From positions 270,643-334,642 of the forward strand of contig DHPR01000012.1 of assembly GCA_002410925.1 (NCBI GenBank): a DNA stretch of 64,000 nucleotides. Reading direction: 5' to 3'. Below the pieces are notes generated by a model. The model ran no database searches. It worked only from the letters and a program-made list of their open reading frames with translations, and was not told where the DNA came from. The stretch is from a bacterium UBP13_UBA5359. Its GTDB lineage: Bacteria; UBP13; UBA5359. Positions 9,575 to 21,910 of this stretch are shown here, one piece after another; the first letter of the stretch is position 1; each line of letters begins with the position of its first letter. Made by a program: the position numbers and the translations under genes.

Positions 9575-10393
9575 TCAAGGAAATATAAAGCCATCGACAT
9601 CAACGGTATTAAACTTATTCCATGGCATAGCTTTTTCATACAACATGAAGGCTTCGCTGATATTGTCGGCGGTTACAGGTTCGCCTATTTTCCGCAGCGG
9701 GGGACAGTGATCGGGGGAATCAAGCAATACTAATTCCACCGGACCTTGAATTTTATAAGGCTCTATTCTGTCATAACCAACAACGGCTTCTTTCACGTTT
9801 TCGTAAATCATTTGGCATGCCTGAGCGGGGATCATCGAACAAGCCTGATATGGCGAAAGAGCTTCTTTGACTACCACAGCCTTGATTCCGGAAATTTTGG
9901 CCGAAACTTCTGCCACCGTCTTGTCATCTCCACTAACAAAAACGGCCGGTACTCCGTAATCCCCGGCGATAGCCGCTGCCATTGAACATTCGCTCATATA
10001 AATATCGCCCCCATTCACCTGCCAGCGCGAATGGGGCGTAATGGCCGCGGGTGTTCCTCCCATTGCATGCATACCAACCATTATGACAGCATCAAAAGAG
10101 CTGTCCAGCAATGGAAGCCAATGAGGACCGCTGCAATTGCGCCCATGAATAATTCGGCATCGCGGATCGAGCTGTTCAAATAAAATATTATACCCGCTGC
10201 CATGACTGTCATTGACGATGACCTCTTTGGCACCGCTATCAAAGGCTGCCCGCACTGCTGCATTTACCTCGTTGGTCAGCAGCTGGCACATCCGATGACG
10301 GTGCCTTATGTTCTCAATCCCGGCATCCCGGCGGTTTTCAAAAAAACAGAACCCGGCAATGCCCTCCAGATCGGTCTGGATATAAATTTTCAT
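9575..10393 (-). CDS. M55 family metallopeptidase (DppA-like D-aminopeptidase)
   Basis: MKIYIQTDLEG, VNDSHG, VGMHA, VFVSGDD, VKE motifs. Confidence 0.9.
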   Translation of the reverse strand: MKIYIQTDLEGIAGFCFFENRRDAGIENIRHRHRMCQLLTNEVNAAVRAAFDSGAKEVIVNDSHGSGYNILFEQLDPRCRIIHGRNCSGPHWLPLLDSSFDAVIMVGMHAMGGTPAAITPHSRWQVNGGDIYMSECSMAAAIAGDYGVPAVFVSGDDKTVAEVSAKISGIKAVVVKEALSPYQACSMIPAQACQMIYENVKEAVVGYDRIEPYKIQGPVELVLLDSPDHCPPLRKIGEPVTADNISEAFMLYEKAMPWNKFNTVDVDGFIFP

Positions 10394-10548
10394 AAAATAC
10401 TCCTCAACAGCAAAGAGATATTAGGTTGCTGAAACCTCGATTCATTATCCCATACTTTGGTTAACTATGCCACAAGGCAAGCGGTGTTTGCCAACAAGAA
10501 TTCCTTAAAACAAAAAAGCCTTTTTACCGGAGAACACAAAGAATCGTA

Positions 10549-10830
10549 TTGTTCGATCTGGTAGCCGCTGTTATTCCGGAGTTTCACTGCACCGATGAAT
10601 ACATAGAGAAAACATATTATTATCGCCATTATGTACTTAGAAAGAACCTTTCTGTGCCTGACACAGGGCATTTGAAGCCTTCTGTCTTTTATAAAGGGAA
10701 ACAAGGAGGGTATGCCAGACTAATAACTGCCAGCGCTTCTCTTATCTTGGATGAATGTCGTTGGTGGAGAGATCCGCGATATGGCTATGGGTACAATATC
10801 CAGAAAAATTTTTATGCTAATACTTTCGCT
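10549..10830 (+). pseudogene. Fragment of an MGH1-like / six-hairpin glycoside hydrolase gene
   Basis: IPEFHCTDEYIEKTYYYR and ECRWWRDPRY resemble that family's N-terminal motifs; the ORF then runs into the antisense of the TPR gene; end coordinate is approximate. Confidence 0.45.
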
Positions 10831-10848
10831 CATCGCTTCTCTGTCCTG

Positions 10849-11418
10849 TTAAAAATCTTTTGTGCCTTTCTTTGTCCCAATAAAGGAATCGTAAATGCTG
10901 AAACCCCAGAGGGCGATAGCCGCCAGCAGCAACGGCAGCCAGGCGGGGGAGAGGTTGAACGTGCCGGTACGGGTGTAACCGGTGAACATATAGGCCGTCA
11001 GTAGCAGCAGTTTAAAAAACACCAGAAGGTAAAAGAGCAGAATGACGGAACCCTTGATAAATTGCTGATTATAAAGCTCTCCCATGCCAGGCAGAAGCGC
11101 GGATAGAAGAATGGCGGTAAGAGGGTGCCGCCCCGAAGAAGCATCCTCGGATTGCATGGAAGCCTGTCGCAACGCCAGCCTTCCAATATGATCTTCGGCT
11201 TTGATATTGGCAGGGTCCAATTCCAGCGCCCTGCGATACTCCTGCAAAGCCTGGGTCAGGTTTCCGCAGGCTTCCGTTACCTCTCCCAGCAGAACCATTC
11301 CCTTCGAGGTCTCTTCCAGGGACAGGGCCTGCCGGCAAACCTTGACGGCATTGGCATAATCGCCTTTCAAATAAAGAAGATTCGCCTGCTTGAGAAGCTC
11401 TTCAGCCTGATTCACCAT
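10849..11418 (-). CDS. TPR-repeat membrane protein with TM2-like C-terminus
   Basis: TPR consensus (A...YRRALELDP), LLSALLPGMGELY followed by hydrophobic helices. Confidence 0.75.
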   Translation of the reverse strand: MVNQAEELLKQANLLYLKGDYANAVKVCRQALSLEETSKGMVLLGEVTEACGNLTQALQEYRRALELDPANIKAEDHIGRLALRQASMQSEDASSGRHPLTAILLSALLPGMGELYNQQFIKGSVILLFYLLVFFKLLLLTAYMFTGYTRTGTFNLSPAWLPLLLAAIALWGFSIYDSFIGTKKGTKDF

Positions 11419-11435
11419 AGGACCACTCCTAAGTT

Positions 11436-12197
11436 TTAAATCCTGAAAAGCGCCGCGGCATTGGCCGATGTAACTTCGGCTATCGTTTCAGCATCCGTTC
11501 CTTTTATCTCCGCTACCCTGGTGGCGATGGTCGCCGTCCAGGCCGGTTCATTGCGCCGCCCCCTGTAGGGCACCGGGGCCAGATAGGGGGCATCCGTTTC
11601 CAGGACGATCCTCTCCAGCGGGAGCTGCCGTACTATCTCTGCCAACTCTTTGGAAAAGGTGACTATGCCGCCAATGCCCAGATACCAGCCTTTAGCCATA
11701 ATCTTTTCAGCCAGCAGCAGATCGCCGGAAAAGCAATGCCAGACGCCGCCCAGGCGGTTTACGGGGAAACCTTCCAGCGCCGTCAGCATGTCATCATGTG
11801 CTTCACGATCATGTATTATTATCGGCTTGCCCTGTCGTTCACATAACTCCAGGTGTGCTTCCAAAGAGGCAAGCTGTGCCGCTTTGGAAGAATGCATGTA
11901 GTGATAGTCCAGACCGGTTTCACCTACCGCCGCCACTCGAGACGAGGAAGCCAGCCTTTCCAATTCCTCCATCATTTCCCTGGAAACGTCTTTAGCTGCG
12001 TGAGGATGTATCCCTACCGTGGCATAGCACGCTTCAACCTCTTCAGCTATCTTTACGGCTTCCCGGCTGGAAGGAAGATCATAACCGGCCACCACCATTT
12101 TCTCCACACCGGCTATAGCTGCACGTGCCAAAATGGCATGAAGTTCATTACCGTATTCAGGATGCTGCAGATGAACGTGTGTATCTATCAGCATCAT
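11436..12197 (-). CDS. tatD: TatD family deoxyribonuclease
   Basis: DTHVH, GIHPH, GETGLD, HCFSG, ETDAPY. Confidence 0.95.
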   Translation of the reverse strand: MMLIDTHVHLQHPEYGNELHAILARAAIAGVEKMVVAGYDLPSSREAVKIAEEVEACYATVGIHPHAAKDVSREMMEELERLASSSRVAAVGETGLDYHYMHSSKAAQLASLEAHLELCERQGKPIIIHDREAHDDMLTALEGFPVNRLGGVWHCFSGDLLLAEKIMAKGWYLGIGGIVTFSKELAEIVRQLPLERIVLETDAPYLAPVPYRGRRNEPAWTATIATRVAEIKGTDAETIAEVTSANAAALFRI

Positions 12198-14176
12198 TTT
12201 ACCTTGCTGCCGGGCGTCATCATCAGGTCAGGCGCCAGCAAAGCCAGCTTATCCTTATCGGAAGCTGCCAGCAACATACCGTTTGAGGCCACACCGCGGA
12301 TCACAGCCGGTTCAAGGTTAGCCACCACTACGATCTGTCGTCCGATTATCTCTTCGGGCGCATAATGCTCTGCCACACCGGCCACTATAGTGCGCGTGCT
12401 CTCTTCACCAAGGTCTATTTCCAGCTTCAAGAGCTTATCCGTTCCGGCTACCTTCTCAGCGGCAACTACTCTAGCCACTTGCAGGTCTATTTTGGCGAAA
12501 TCTTCATAGCTTATAGTTTCCTTCACAGGGTTTGCTCCCTTCTTTTCGGCCGGCACGGCCGCCGTCTTCCTCTCTTCCTTCTGCTTGCCGGCTTTTCGCT
12601 TCTTCCCGATCTCTTCCAGACGAGGAAAGAGCGGCGCCGCTTTGGCAGTGATCAGACCGGGTGCCAGAATATCCCATCCGCCCAGACCCTGCCAGTCTTC
12701 GATGGTAATTTCCGGAGCCAGCCCCAGCTGTTCCTGAATGCTCCCGGATGTAGCCGGCATATACGGCGCTAGAGCGATAGCTATCTGACGCAATGCTTCC
12801 AATACGTTATACATGACACGAGCCAATCTTTGCTCCTTGCCCTCCCGCTTCAATGCCCAGGGGGCCTGTTCATCTATATATTTATTCATACGCCCGATAA
12901 AACGCCAGAGTTCGGCCAAAGCCAGGCTATAAGCCAGCTTCTCCGTATGCAGAGCAAAGGCGGCCAGCGTTTCGCGACATACTGCCTGTATGTCGGCATC
13001 CGCCTCGGCATCAGGCAGAGAAGAGGGCACCTGCCCGTTAAAATATTTCTCCAGCATAGAAAGGGTACGATAAAGTAAATTACCGATATCGTTAGCCAGG
13101 TCGGCATTTATCCTGGCTTTAAGCGCCGTCCTGGAGAAATCTCCATCGTTTCCAAAGGGGACCTCCCGCAGCAGGAAATATCTTAGCGCCTCCACCGCCA
13201 GATTATGTGACAGGCCAAACTCTTGCTTCAGCTCGCTTATAACTTCGACCGGGTCCACTTTATTGCCTTTGGATTTGGAAATTTTCTCCCCCTCGGAAGT
13301 CCAGAAGCCGTGAGCAAAGATTTTACCCGGCAAGGGAAGGCCTACGGACATGAGCATAGCCGGCCAGAGTACGGCATGGAAACGAAGAATATCCTTGCCT
13401 ATAAGGTGGACATCAGCAGGCCAAAAGCGGCTGAACTTAGCTTCGTCAGAGAGATATCCGGCTACTGTAACGTAGTTTATCAGAGCATCAAACCAAACAT
13501 ATGCCACATGCGCGGGCTCCTGAGGCAGCTCAATACCCCAGGAGAACGATGTTCGGGAAACACAGGTATCCTGCAATCCGCTTTTTACAAAGCTTATAAC
13601 CTCATTCCTCCGCCACTCCGGCTGAATGAAATCAGGATAGGTTTCATAATACTTCAGCAGCGCCTCCTGATACCGTGAGAGCCGGAAGAAATAGCTCTCT
13701 TCTTTCAAGACATGCACCGGGCGGCGGCATTCGGGATTGGGGCAACAACCATCCGCCAGTTGGGATTCCAGCCAAAAGGTTTCGCACGGCGTACAGTACC
13801 AGCCTGAATACTCCCCCTTATAGATATCGCCGCTGGCCATCATTTTTTCAAAGAAGTGCCTGACCACCTGAATATGCCGGGGCTGGGTAGTACGAATAAA
13901 ATCGGTGTTGCTTATATCCAGGTCTTTCCATAGTCGTTGCCAGGCTACCGACATCTCATCCACATAGGTTTGCGGATCCTCCCCACGCTCTTGAGCGGCA
14001 AGTTCCACTTTCTGGCCGTGTTCATCGGTTCCGGTGGAGAATAAAACCTCCCGGCCCAGTAATCTATGGTACCGAGCCAGAGTATCTGCCGCCATCGTTG
14101 CATAAGTATGACCTATATGCGGAACATCGTTGATATAATAGATTGGTGTCGTCACCATGAACTTATCCATGCGCAT
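12194..14176 (-). CDS. metG: Methionine--tRNA ligase with C-terminal tRNA-binding domain
   Basis: HIGH, GTDEHGQK, Zn knuckle, YVWFDAL, KISKS, C-terminal OB/Trbp domain. Confidence 0.98.
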   Translation of the reverse strand: MRMDKFMVTTPIYYINDVPHIGHTYATMAADTLARYHRLLGREVLFSTGTDEHGQKVELAAQERGEDPQTYVDEMSVAWQRLWKDLDISNTDFIRTTQPRHIQVVRHFFEKMMASGDIYKGEYSGWYCTPCETFWLESQLADGCCPNPECRRPVHVLKEESYFFRLSRYQEALLKYYETYPDFIQPEWRRNEVISFVKSGLQDTCVSRTSFSWGIELPQEPAHVAYVWFDALINYVTVAGYLSDEAKFSRFWPADVHLIGKDILRFHAVLWPAMLMSVGLPLPGKIFAHGFWTSEGEKISKSKGNKVDPVEVISELKQEFGLSHNLAVEALRYFLLREVPFGNDGDFSRTALKARINADLANDIGNLLYRTLSMLEKYFNGQVPSSLPDAEADADIQAVCRETLAAFALHTEKLAYSLALAELWRFIGRMNKYIDEQAPWALKREGKEQRLARVMYNVLEALRQIAIALAPYMPATSGSIQEQLGLAPEITIEDWQGLGGWDILAPGLITAKAAPLFPRLEEIGKKRKAGKQKEERKTAAVPAEKKGANPVKETISYEDFAKIDLQVARVVAAEKVAGTDKLLKLEIDLGEESTRTIVAGVAEHYAPEEIIGRQIVVVANLEPAVIRGVASNGMLLAASDKDKLALLAPDLMMTPGSKVK

Positions 14177-14196
14177 GTACTCCCGTATACCTCTTT

Positions 14197-16629
14197 TTAT
14201 TCCTCTTCTTTGATCACGATTCTCTCCGAATCGACGACTTTATCATCCTGATCCAGCCGAATCAGGCGTACGCCCTGCGTACTGCGTCCATACTGGTTTA
14301 TATCTCGCATGCGCAAGCGAATAATAATGCCCTTGGCAGTGATAATAATCAGCCTGTCGCTGCTATCTACTACCTTAATGCCTTCTACCGGTCCATTGCG
14401 CGGCACCCTCTTTATCGTTTGGATACCACTGCCGCCGCGCCCCTGAACCCTATATTCGGATAACGGGGTCCGTTTGCCGTAACCATTGGCCGTTACTACC
14501 AGCAGATCCTTATCCGGTTCAACTATGTCCATGCCGATCACTTTGTCACCCTTACCCAGACGTATGCCACGCACTCCGGCAGCTGTCCTGCCCATGCTGC
14601 GAACATCTGATTCGTGGAAGCGAATGGAGAGACCCTTGCTGCTGGCCAGGATAATATCCTGCTCGCCGTTGGTGGAAGCCACCCAGCAAAGATCATCGCC
14701 CTCTTTGATTGTAATAGCTATCAGTCCGCCTTTACGAGGCGTATTGAAGGCTGCCAGTGGCGTCTTCTTCACCACCCCTTTTCGAGTAGCCATGAAGAGG
14801 TAGCCCTCCTCGCGTAAGTCCTTGACCGCCACCGTAGCCGTAACCTTTTCACCCGGTTCGATCTGAATAAGATTGATTATAGCTGTTCCTCGTGCCTGTC
14901 GGCTGGCCATAGGGACTTCATAAGCTTTTAGCCGATATACCTTGCCCTTGTCAGTGAAGAAAAGCAGATGATGATGCGTCGTAGCCACAAAGAGATGAGC
15001 GACGGAGTCCTCTTCCCTGGTAGTCAAAGCAATAATGCCCTTGCCGCCGCGCCCCTGGCTGTGGTATGTCACGGAAGGCAGCCTCTTGATATAGCCATCA
15101 CGCGTGATGGTGATGATCATCTCTTCCTCCGCTATCAGATCCTCCGCTGTAAGCTCACTGGCCTCGGTCGGCTTGATCTGTGAACGCCTTGCATCGGCAA
15201 AGGTCTTCTTGGCTTCCAGCAATTCATCGCGAATAACGAACATGATCTTGCGTGGGCTCTCCAGCAGATCCTGCAGATAGCTGATAAGTTTCAGCAGTTC
15301 TCTGTATTCAACTTCAATCTTATCCTGCTCGAGGGAGGTAAGCTGATGAAGACGCATATCCAGAATGGCCTGGGCCTGCAGCTGAGATAATTCGAACCGG
15401 GATATCAATTTGGTCCTGGCTTCATCGGAGTTCTTGGAAGCGCGAATCATCCGAACCACCTCATCCAGATTGGCCACCGCTATACGTAATCCTTCCAGAA
15501 TATGAGCCCGGGCCTGAGCCTTGTCCAGATCGAACTGGGTGCGCCTAGTCACTACCTGCCGACGATGCTCCAAATAATGCTCCAGCATCTGCTTCAGGCT
15601 CAATATCTGCGGCCGCCCATTGACCAGAGCCAGCATAATAACACCGAAAGAGGTTCGCAAATTGGTTCGCTTATAGAGCTGATTGAGAACCACATGCGGA
15701 TTGGCATCGCGTTTGAGTTCTATGACAATGCGCATACCATTTCTATCGGATTCGTCTCGTAAATCCGAAATCCCGTCAAGTCTCTTGTCCCGGGTCAAGC
15801 CAGCTATATTCTCTATCAGGCGAGCCTTGTTGACCTGATAGGGCAATTCGGTGACAATGATGGCCGCCCGGCCGTTATCCATCTCTTCTATAACTGCTCT
15901 AGCCTGAAGGGTTATCACTCCGCGCCCCGTCTCGTAGGCACTCTCTATTCCTTTGAGACCAAGAATCAATCCGCCGGTGGGAAAGTCAGGTCCTTTGATA
16001 TGCTGCATAAGCTCCTTAACCGTGATCGAGGGATCTTCAATCAGAGCCGTAATTCCATCAATTAACTCTCCCAGGTTCTGCGGCGGTATATTGGTAGCCA
16101 TTCCCACAGCTATACCTGCCGAACCGTTCATCAGCAGGCAGGGAAGGCCCGACGGCAGCACTGACGGCTCTTCACGCTTTTCATCATAGCTGGGTGAAAA
16201 GTCTACCGTCTCCTTGTCCATATCGCTCAGCAATGCCATGGATAGCTTGGATAGCCGCACCTCGGTGTAACGATAGGCGGCAGCGGAATCGCCGTCTATC
16301 GAGCCAAAGTTTCCTTGTCCTTCCAGCAACGGGTACCGGCTGTTGAAATCTTGAACGAGCCTGACGATAGCATCGTAAACCGCCATATCCCCGTGTGGAT
16401 GGTATTTCTTAAGCACATCTCCCACCGGTCCGGCCGATTTGGATGTAGGCTTATCATTTGTCATGCCTTCCTCATACATAGAGTAAAGGATACGGCGATG
16501 CACCGGCTTTAGGCCGTCACGGACATCCGGAAGAGCCCGGCCGATGATAACGCTCATGGCATAATCCAGGTATGAGGCCTTCATCTCTTCTTCTATATTT
16601 ATTGGTATAATCTGTTTGGCTATTGCCAT
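14197..16629 (-). CDS. gyrA: DNA gyrase subunit A
   Basis: [27 protein letters not shown], GyrA-box QGRGGKG, pinwheel repeats. Confidence 0.98.
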   Translation of the reverse strand: MAIAKQIIPINIEEEMKASYLDYAMSVIIGRALPDVRDGLKPVHRRILYSMYEEGMTNDKPTSKSAGPVGDVLKKYHPHGDMAVYDAIVRLVQDFNSRYPLLEGQGNFGSIDGDSAAAYRYTEVRLSKLSMALLSDMDKETVDFSPSYDEKREEPSVLPSGLPCLLMNGSAGIAVGMATNIPPQNLGELIDGITALIEDPSITVKELMQHIKGPDFPTGGLILGLKGIESAYETGRGVITLQARAVIEEMDNGRAAIIVTELPYQVNKARLIENIAGLTRDKRLDGISDLRDESDRNGMRIVIELKRDANPHVVLNQLYKRTNLRTSFGVIMLALVNGRPQILSLKQMLEHYLEHRRQVVTRRTQFDLDKAQARAHILEGLRIAVANLDEVVRMIRASKNSDEARTKLISRFELSQLQAQAILDMRLHQLTSLEQDKIEVEYRELLKLISYLQDLLESPRKIMFVIRDELLEAKKTFADARRSQIKPTEASELTAEDLIAEEEMIITITRDGYIKRLPSVTYHSQGRGGKGIIALTTREEDSVAHLFVATTHHHLLFFTDKGKVYRLKAYEVPMASRQARGTAIINLIQIEPGEKVTATVAVKDLREEGYLFMATRKGVVKKTPLAAFNTPRKGGLIAITIKEGDDLCWVASTNGEQDIILASSKGLSIRFHESDVRSMGRTAAGVRGIRLGKGDKVIGMDIVEPDKDLLVVTANGYGKRTPLSEYRVQGRGGSGIQTIKRVPRNGPVEGIKVVDSSDRLIIITAKGIIIRLRMRDINQYGRSTQGVRLIRLDQDDKVVDSERIVIKEEE

Positions 16630-16690
16630 ACTATGCTCTCCTTTGTTTATATACAGAGGGTTTCAGAAACCCGAATTCAGAAACCGGATA

Positions 16691-18658
<1,968 letters not shown>

Positions 18659-18667
18659 TTAAAATAT

Positions 18668-18690
18668 CCTGGCCGATATTATCGGCCAGG
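18668..18690. repeat. Perfect 11-1-11 inverted repeat in the gyrB 5' leader
   Basis: CCTGGCCGATA-T-TATCGGCCAGG. Confidence 0.85.
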
Positions 18691-18722
18691 TGAAGTCCCG
18701 AAACATGCCCGGAACGATATAA

Positions 18723-18751
18723 ATTATACCACAAACATTTGTTTTCGTCAC
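18723..18751 (-). promoter_or_regulatory. gyrB promoter with a LexA-box-like site in the spacer
   Basis: GTGACG-N17-TATAAT with an extended TG motif; the spacer contains AAAAC-AAAT-GTTTG. Confidence 0.6.
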
Positions 18752-18806
18752 CCGAAACGCTCCCCGGATGCATTAGTGTCTGAGAGCACGCCAAGATGCG
18801 TATTCA

Positions 18807-19778
18807 TCAATCTAACCTGCCATAACGCGCCATTAGCCATCGCGTATAAAGCCTGACTCCCTCCAGCGTGGTATGCTTCGGGTTCCAGCCAAGGGAGCGA
18901 ATATTGGAAGTATCTGCCAACGTTCTGGTAACGTCGCCCGCCCAGCCTTTGGATCCGCCGGTATATTCAAGACTCACTCCTGAAAGTCCCAATTCATCGA
19001 TCATGGTAGCGGCTATTTCCTTTACCGTAATGCTTTCCGCCGTGCTGATATTGAAAGCAGACATTCCTTTGCCGCCGGAATCGCCGGCCAGTAACGAGGC
19101 TTGTACGCAATCGGATATATAGAGATAAGATTTCTGTTGCATGCCATCTCCGAGAATTTCCAGACGAGATGGATCATGGCGTAATTTAAAGAAAAAATCA
19201 TGCATAACGCCATGAGTGGAGCGAGCACCGAAAATATTGCCGTAGCGCAGCGCTATGCATCTCATTCCTGTCATAGCCGCATAGCTGGAGAGATACATCT
19301 CACAGGCGGCCTTGGAAGCTCCGTAATGGCTTATTGGTTGCAGAGGATGTCCTTCGGGCGTCGGCAGCACTTCAGTATCGCCGTAAATGGTACCGGCGCT
19401 GGAAGCAAATACTATCAGCGGTACTTCCGCTTGTCTCATTTCTTCCAGAATATTCAGCGTAGCCGCAACGTTGATATCAAAATCAAGCAAGGGCTGGGAA
19501 GCACTGAGTCGAACATCCGGCTGTGCGGCCAGATGTATTACTGCATCTTTTTCCGGTATGACGGCATGCAATAGAGCGCGTTCCCTTATATCCCCTTTTA
19601 TAAAGGTAAACCCCTTGTTTTCGCTGTATTTCTCCATATATTCCGTTGTTCCGGCGGAAAGATTATCTATAACTGTTACCCGGCAGCCTCTTTTCATCAA
19701 TTCGTCAACTATGTGACTGCCAATAAATCCACCGCCTCCGGTAACAACTACAGCAGTGCCTTCCATTAAACGTTTCAT
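18807..19778 (-). CDS. NAD-dependent epimerase/dehydratase (UDP-glucose 4-epimerase-like)
   Basis: TGGGGFIG, HLAA, YGASK; adjacent to galK and galT. Confidence 0.88.
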   Translation of the reverse strand: MKRLMEGTAVVVTGGGGFIGSHIVDELMKRGCRVTVIDNLSAGTTEYMEKYSENKGFTFIKGDIRERALLHAVIPEKDAVIHLAAQPDVRLSASQPLLDFDINVAATLNILEEMRQAEVPLIVFASSAGTIYGDTEVLPTPEGHPLQPISHYGASKAACEMYLSSYAAMTGMRCIALRYGNIFGARSTHGVMHDFFFKLRHDPSRLEILGDGMQQKSYLYISDCVQASLLAGDSGGKGMSAFNISTAESITVKEIAATMIDELGLSGVSLEYTGGSKGWAGDVTRTLADTSNIRSLGWNPKHTTLEGVRLYTRWLMARYGRLD

Positions 19779-19805
19779 CTTCCTTCCTCCATCCGAACGC
19801 AGTAT

Positions 19806-20936
19806 TTAATCTCTTCTCACTAATTCTCCAGCTCCATCCGCAGGGTGGCAAAAATAAAATTCCGGCGTTATGCCGGTTTCCGCCGTATATTTTGCCGCCA
19901 CCTGGCGGCAAAAAGTATCGGCACGCTCCTCCCGAACCAGCGAGATGGTGCAGCCGCCAAATCCGCCGCCCGTCATTCGCGATCCTAATACACCCTCTAT
20001 CTCCAACGCTCTCTCCACAAGGATATCTAATTCCGGGCAACTGACCTCATAATCATTCTTAAGGCTGATATGAGAGTCGCTCATCAACTTTCCAAATTGA
20101 AGCAGATCGCCGTTATCCAGAGCTATTGCAGCTTGACGAACTCTGTCTATCTCTGTTATTACATGCCGGCATCGCTTAAAGATAATGCTCCCTAGCATCT
20201 CTTTATACTGTTCCAATATCTTTTCATCAACATCACGCAGGCTGGAAACAGCCGGCACTTTTTCTGCGATCTTCTTGACTCCGGCTATGCATTCCTCCCG
20301 ACGCTTGTTATATTCTGAAGATACCAGGCTATGTTTAACCCGGGAATTACAAGCGATTATTTTATATCCCGAAAGAATCAATGGCACCTGCCGATGCGAC
20401 AAGTCCCGGCAATCTATCAGCAATGCATGATCTCTCTTCCCCATAGCACTGATAAACTGGTCCATTATGCCGCAATTCACACCGACAAACTCATTCTCTG
20501 CCTGCTGGCAGAGAAGAGAAATTTCCACTCTGTTCAGCACAATGCCTGATAATGTCAGCATGGCCAACGCTGTAACAATTTCTAAAGCCGCAGAAGAACT
20601 CATTCCGGCGCCAGCCGGTATATTACCATCGAACTCCAGTTCAACTCCGCTGAGCCGGTATCCGGCGTCTTGTAAAACCTTCATGACTCCTTTAGGATAA
20701 TTTCCCCAGAGCTCTTTCTCTGAAGGCTCTATATTATCAAGGCTGAAAGAACATTTTCCCGAAAAGTTTTTCGAGCTCATTACCACCATTCTATCTGTTC
20801 TGGACAGAGCGGATACTCTTATTTCCTGCTCTATCGCTATCGGCATCACCAGCCCCTGATTGTAATCCGTATGCTCTCCTATTAGATTTACTCTTCCGGG
20901 CGCTCTAAAAAAGCGTTTCTTATCCCTCTGCAGCAC
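19806..20936 (-). CDS. galK: Galactokinase
   Basis: APGRVNLIGEHTDY, GAGMSSSAA, CGIMDQ, GSRMTGGGFGG; start set at GTG 20936 after GAGGAGG. Confidence 0.96.
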   Translation of the reverse strand: MLQRDKKRFFRAPGRVNLIGEHTDYNQGLVMPIAIEQEIRVSALSRTDRMVVMSSKNFSGKCSFSLDNIEPSEKELWGNYPKGVMKVLQDAGYRLSGVELEFDGNIPAGAGMSSSAALEIVTALAMLTLSGIVLNRVEISLLCQQAENEFVGVNCGIMDQFISAMGKRDHALLIDCRDLSHRQVPLILSGYKIIACNSRVKHSLVSSEYNKRREECIAGVKKIAEKVPAVSSLRDVDEKILEQYKEMLGSIIFKRCRHVITEIDRVRQAAIALDNGDLLQFGKLMSDSHISLKNDYEVSCPELDILVERALEIEGVLGSRMTGGGFGGCTISLVREERADTFCRQVAAKYTAETGITPEFYFCHPADGAGELVRRD

Positions 20937-21897
20937 TCTTTCTACCCTCCTCGATGGCCTTACGCAGCTCGGCGGCTTTCTCCTCCGGCCTGGTATCGTT
21001 GATATAAGTTCCCGCACCGGATTCACAGCCCGCCAGATATTTTATCTTGTCCTTGCTGCGTCGTGGAGGATAAAACTCAAAGTGAAAGTGATAGTAAGGA
21101 TATTCTTTGCCATCTGTCGGCCGCTGATGCAGTATCATTATATACGGCATAGAGAACCCAAAGAGATGATCATAGCCTACCAACACATCTTTGAGAATAG
21201 ATGCCAAGGATAAGGCATCAGCCATGCCTAATTCCAGGATGCACTCCATGTGCTTCTTGGGGTAAATATGGACTTCATAAGGCCAGCGGGCAAAGAAGGG
21301 GATAAAGGCAAAAAAACCTTCGTTCTGCGCCACTATCCTGCGCCCGTCTCTAAATTCTTCGGACTGAACCTGGCAGAAAATACAGCCCCCTTTATCTATG
21401 TAGTGCTCACGAGCACTATCCAATTCCTGCTGCGCTTTAGGTGGAATAAAAGGATAGCCATATATCTGTCCATGCGGATGCGGCAAAGTAACCCCTATTT
21501 CCGCTCCCTTGTTTTCAAAAATCATAACGTACTTAATATCTTCTTTGCTTCCTATAAAATCAAAACGCTCGCGCCAGAGCAGTATCAGGTTCAGAATGCG
21601 CCTGGGACTTTGCTGTGCTAGAGTCGTATTATGTTCTGACGAATAAAGCACTACCTCACAATATCCCTTTGCCGGGGCTACGCGATAAAAATCATCGCCT
21701 TCTATATCCGGTGCCGGCGGACATTCGTGCAACGATGGAAACCTGTTGGGCAGGACCAATAAATCGTAATTTTTAGGAACTTCCTCGGCTCCTATGCAAA
21801 AAGGACACGTCTTGGTAGGCATCAAGGGTCTATCCTGTCTATGCGTAGCCACAATAACCCATTCCCTCAATATGGGGTTCCACCTCAATTCCGACAA
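20920..21897 (-). CDS. galT: Galactose-1-phosphate uridylyltransferase
   Basis: SELRWNP, CPFC, FENKG, HPHGQ motif; start set at TTG 21897 after AAGGAGG. Confidence 0.95.
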   Translation of the reverse strand: MSELRWNPILREWVIVATHRQDRPLMPTKTCPFCIGAEEVPKNYDLLVLPNRFPSLHECPPAPDIEGDDFYRVAPAKGYCEVVLYSSEHNTTLAQQSPRRILNLILLWRERFDFIGSKEDIKYVMIFENKGAEIGVTLPHPHGQIYGYPFIPPKAQQELDSAREHYIDKGGCIFCQVQSEEFRDGRRIVAQNEGFFAFIPFFARWPYEVHIYPKKHMECILELGMADALSLASILKDVLVGYDHLFGFSMPYIMILHQRPTDGKEYPYYHFHFEFYPPRRSKDKIKYLAGCESGAGTYINDTRPEEKAAELRKAIEEGRKSAAEG

Positions 21898-21910
21898 AGT
21901 AATAACCTCC

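Noticed and set aside
10549-11004. Intact 151-aa plus-strand gene
   Set aside because: The C-terminal third is antisense of the TPR gene; only the N-terminal part looks like a gene relic
20937-21026. N-terminal extension of GalK in the ORF track
   Set aside because: It overlaps galT; a GTG with a strong RBS at 20936 gives a normal-length enzyme
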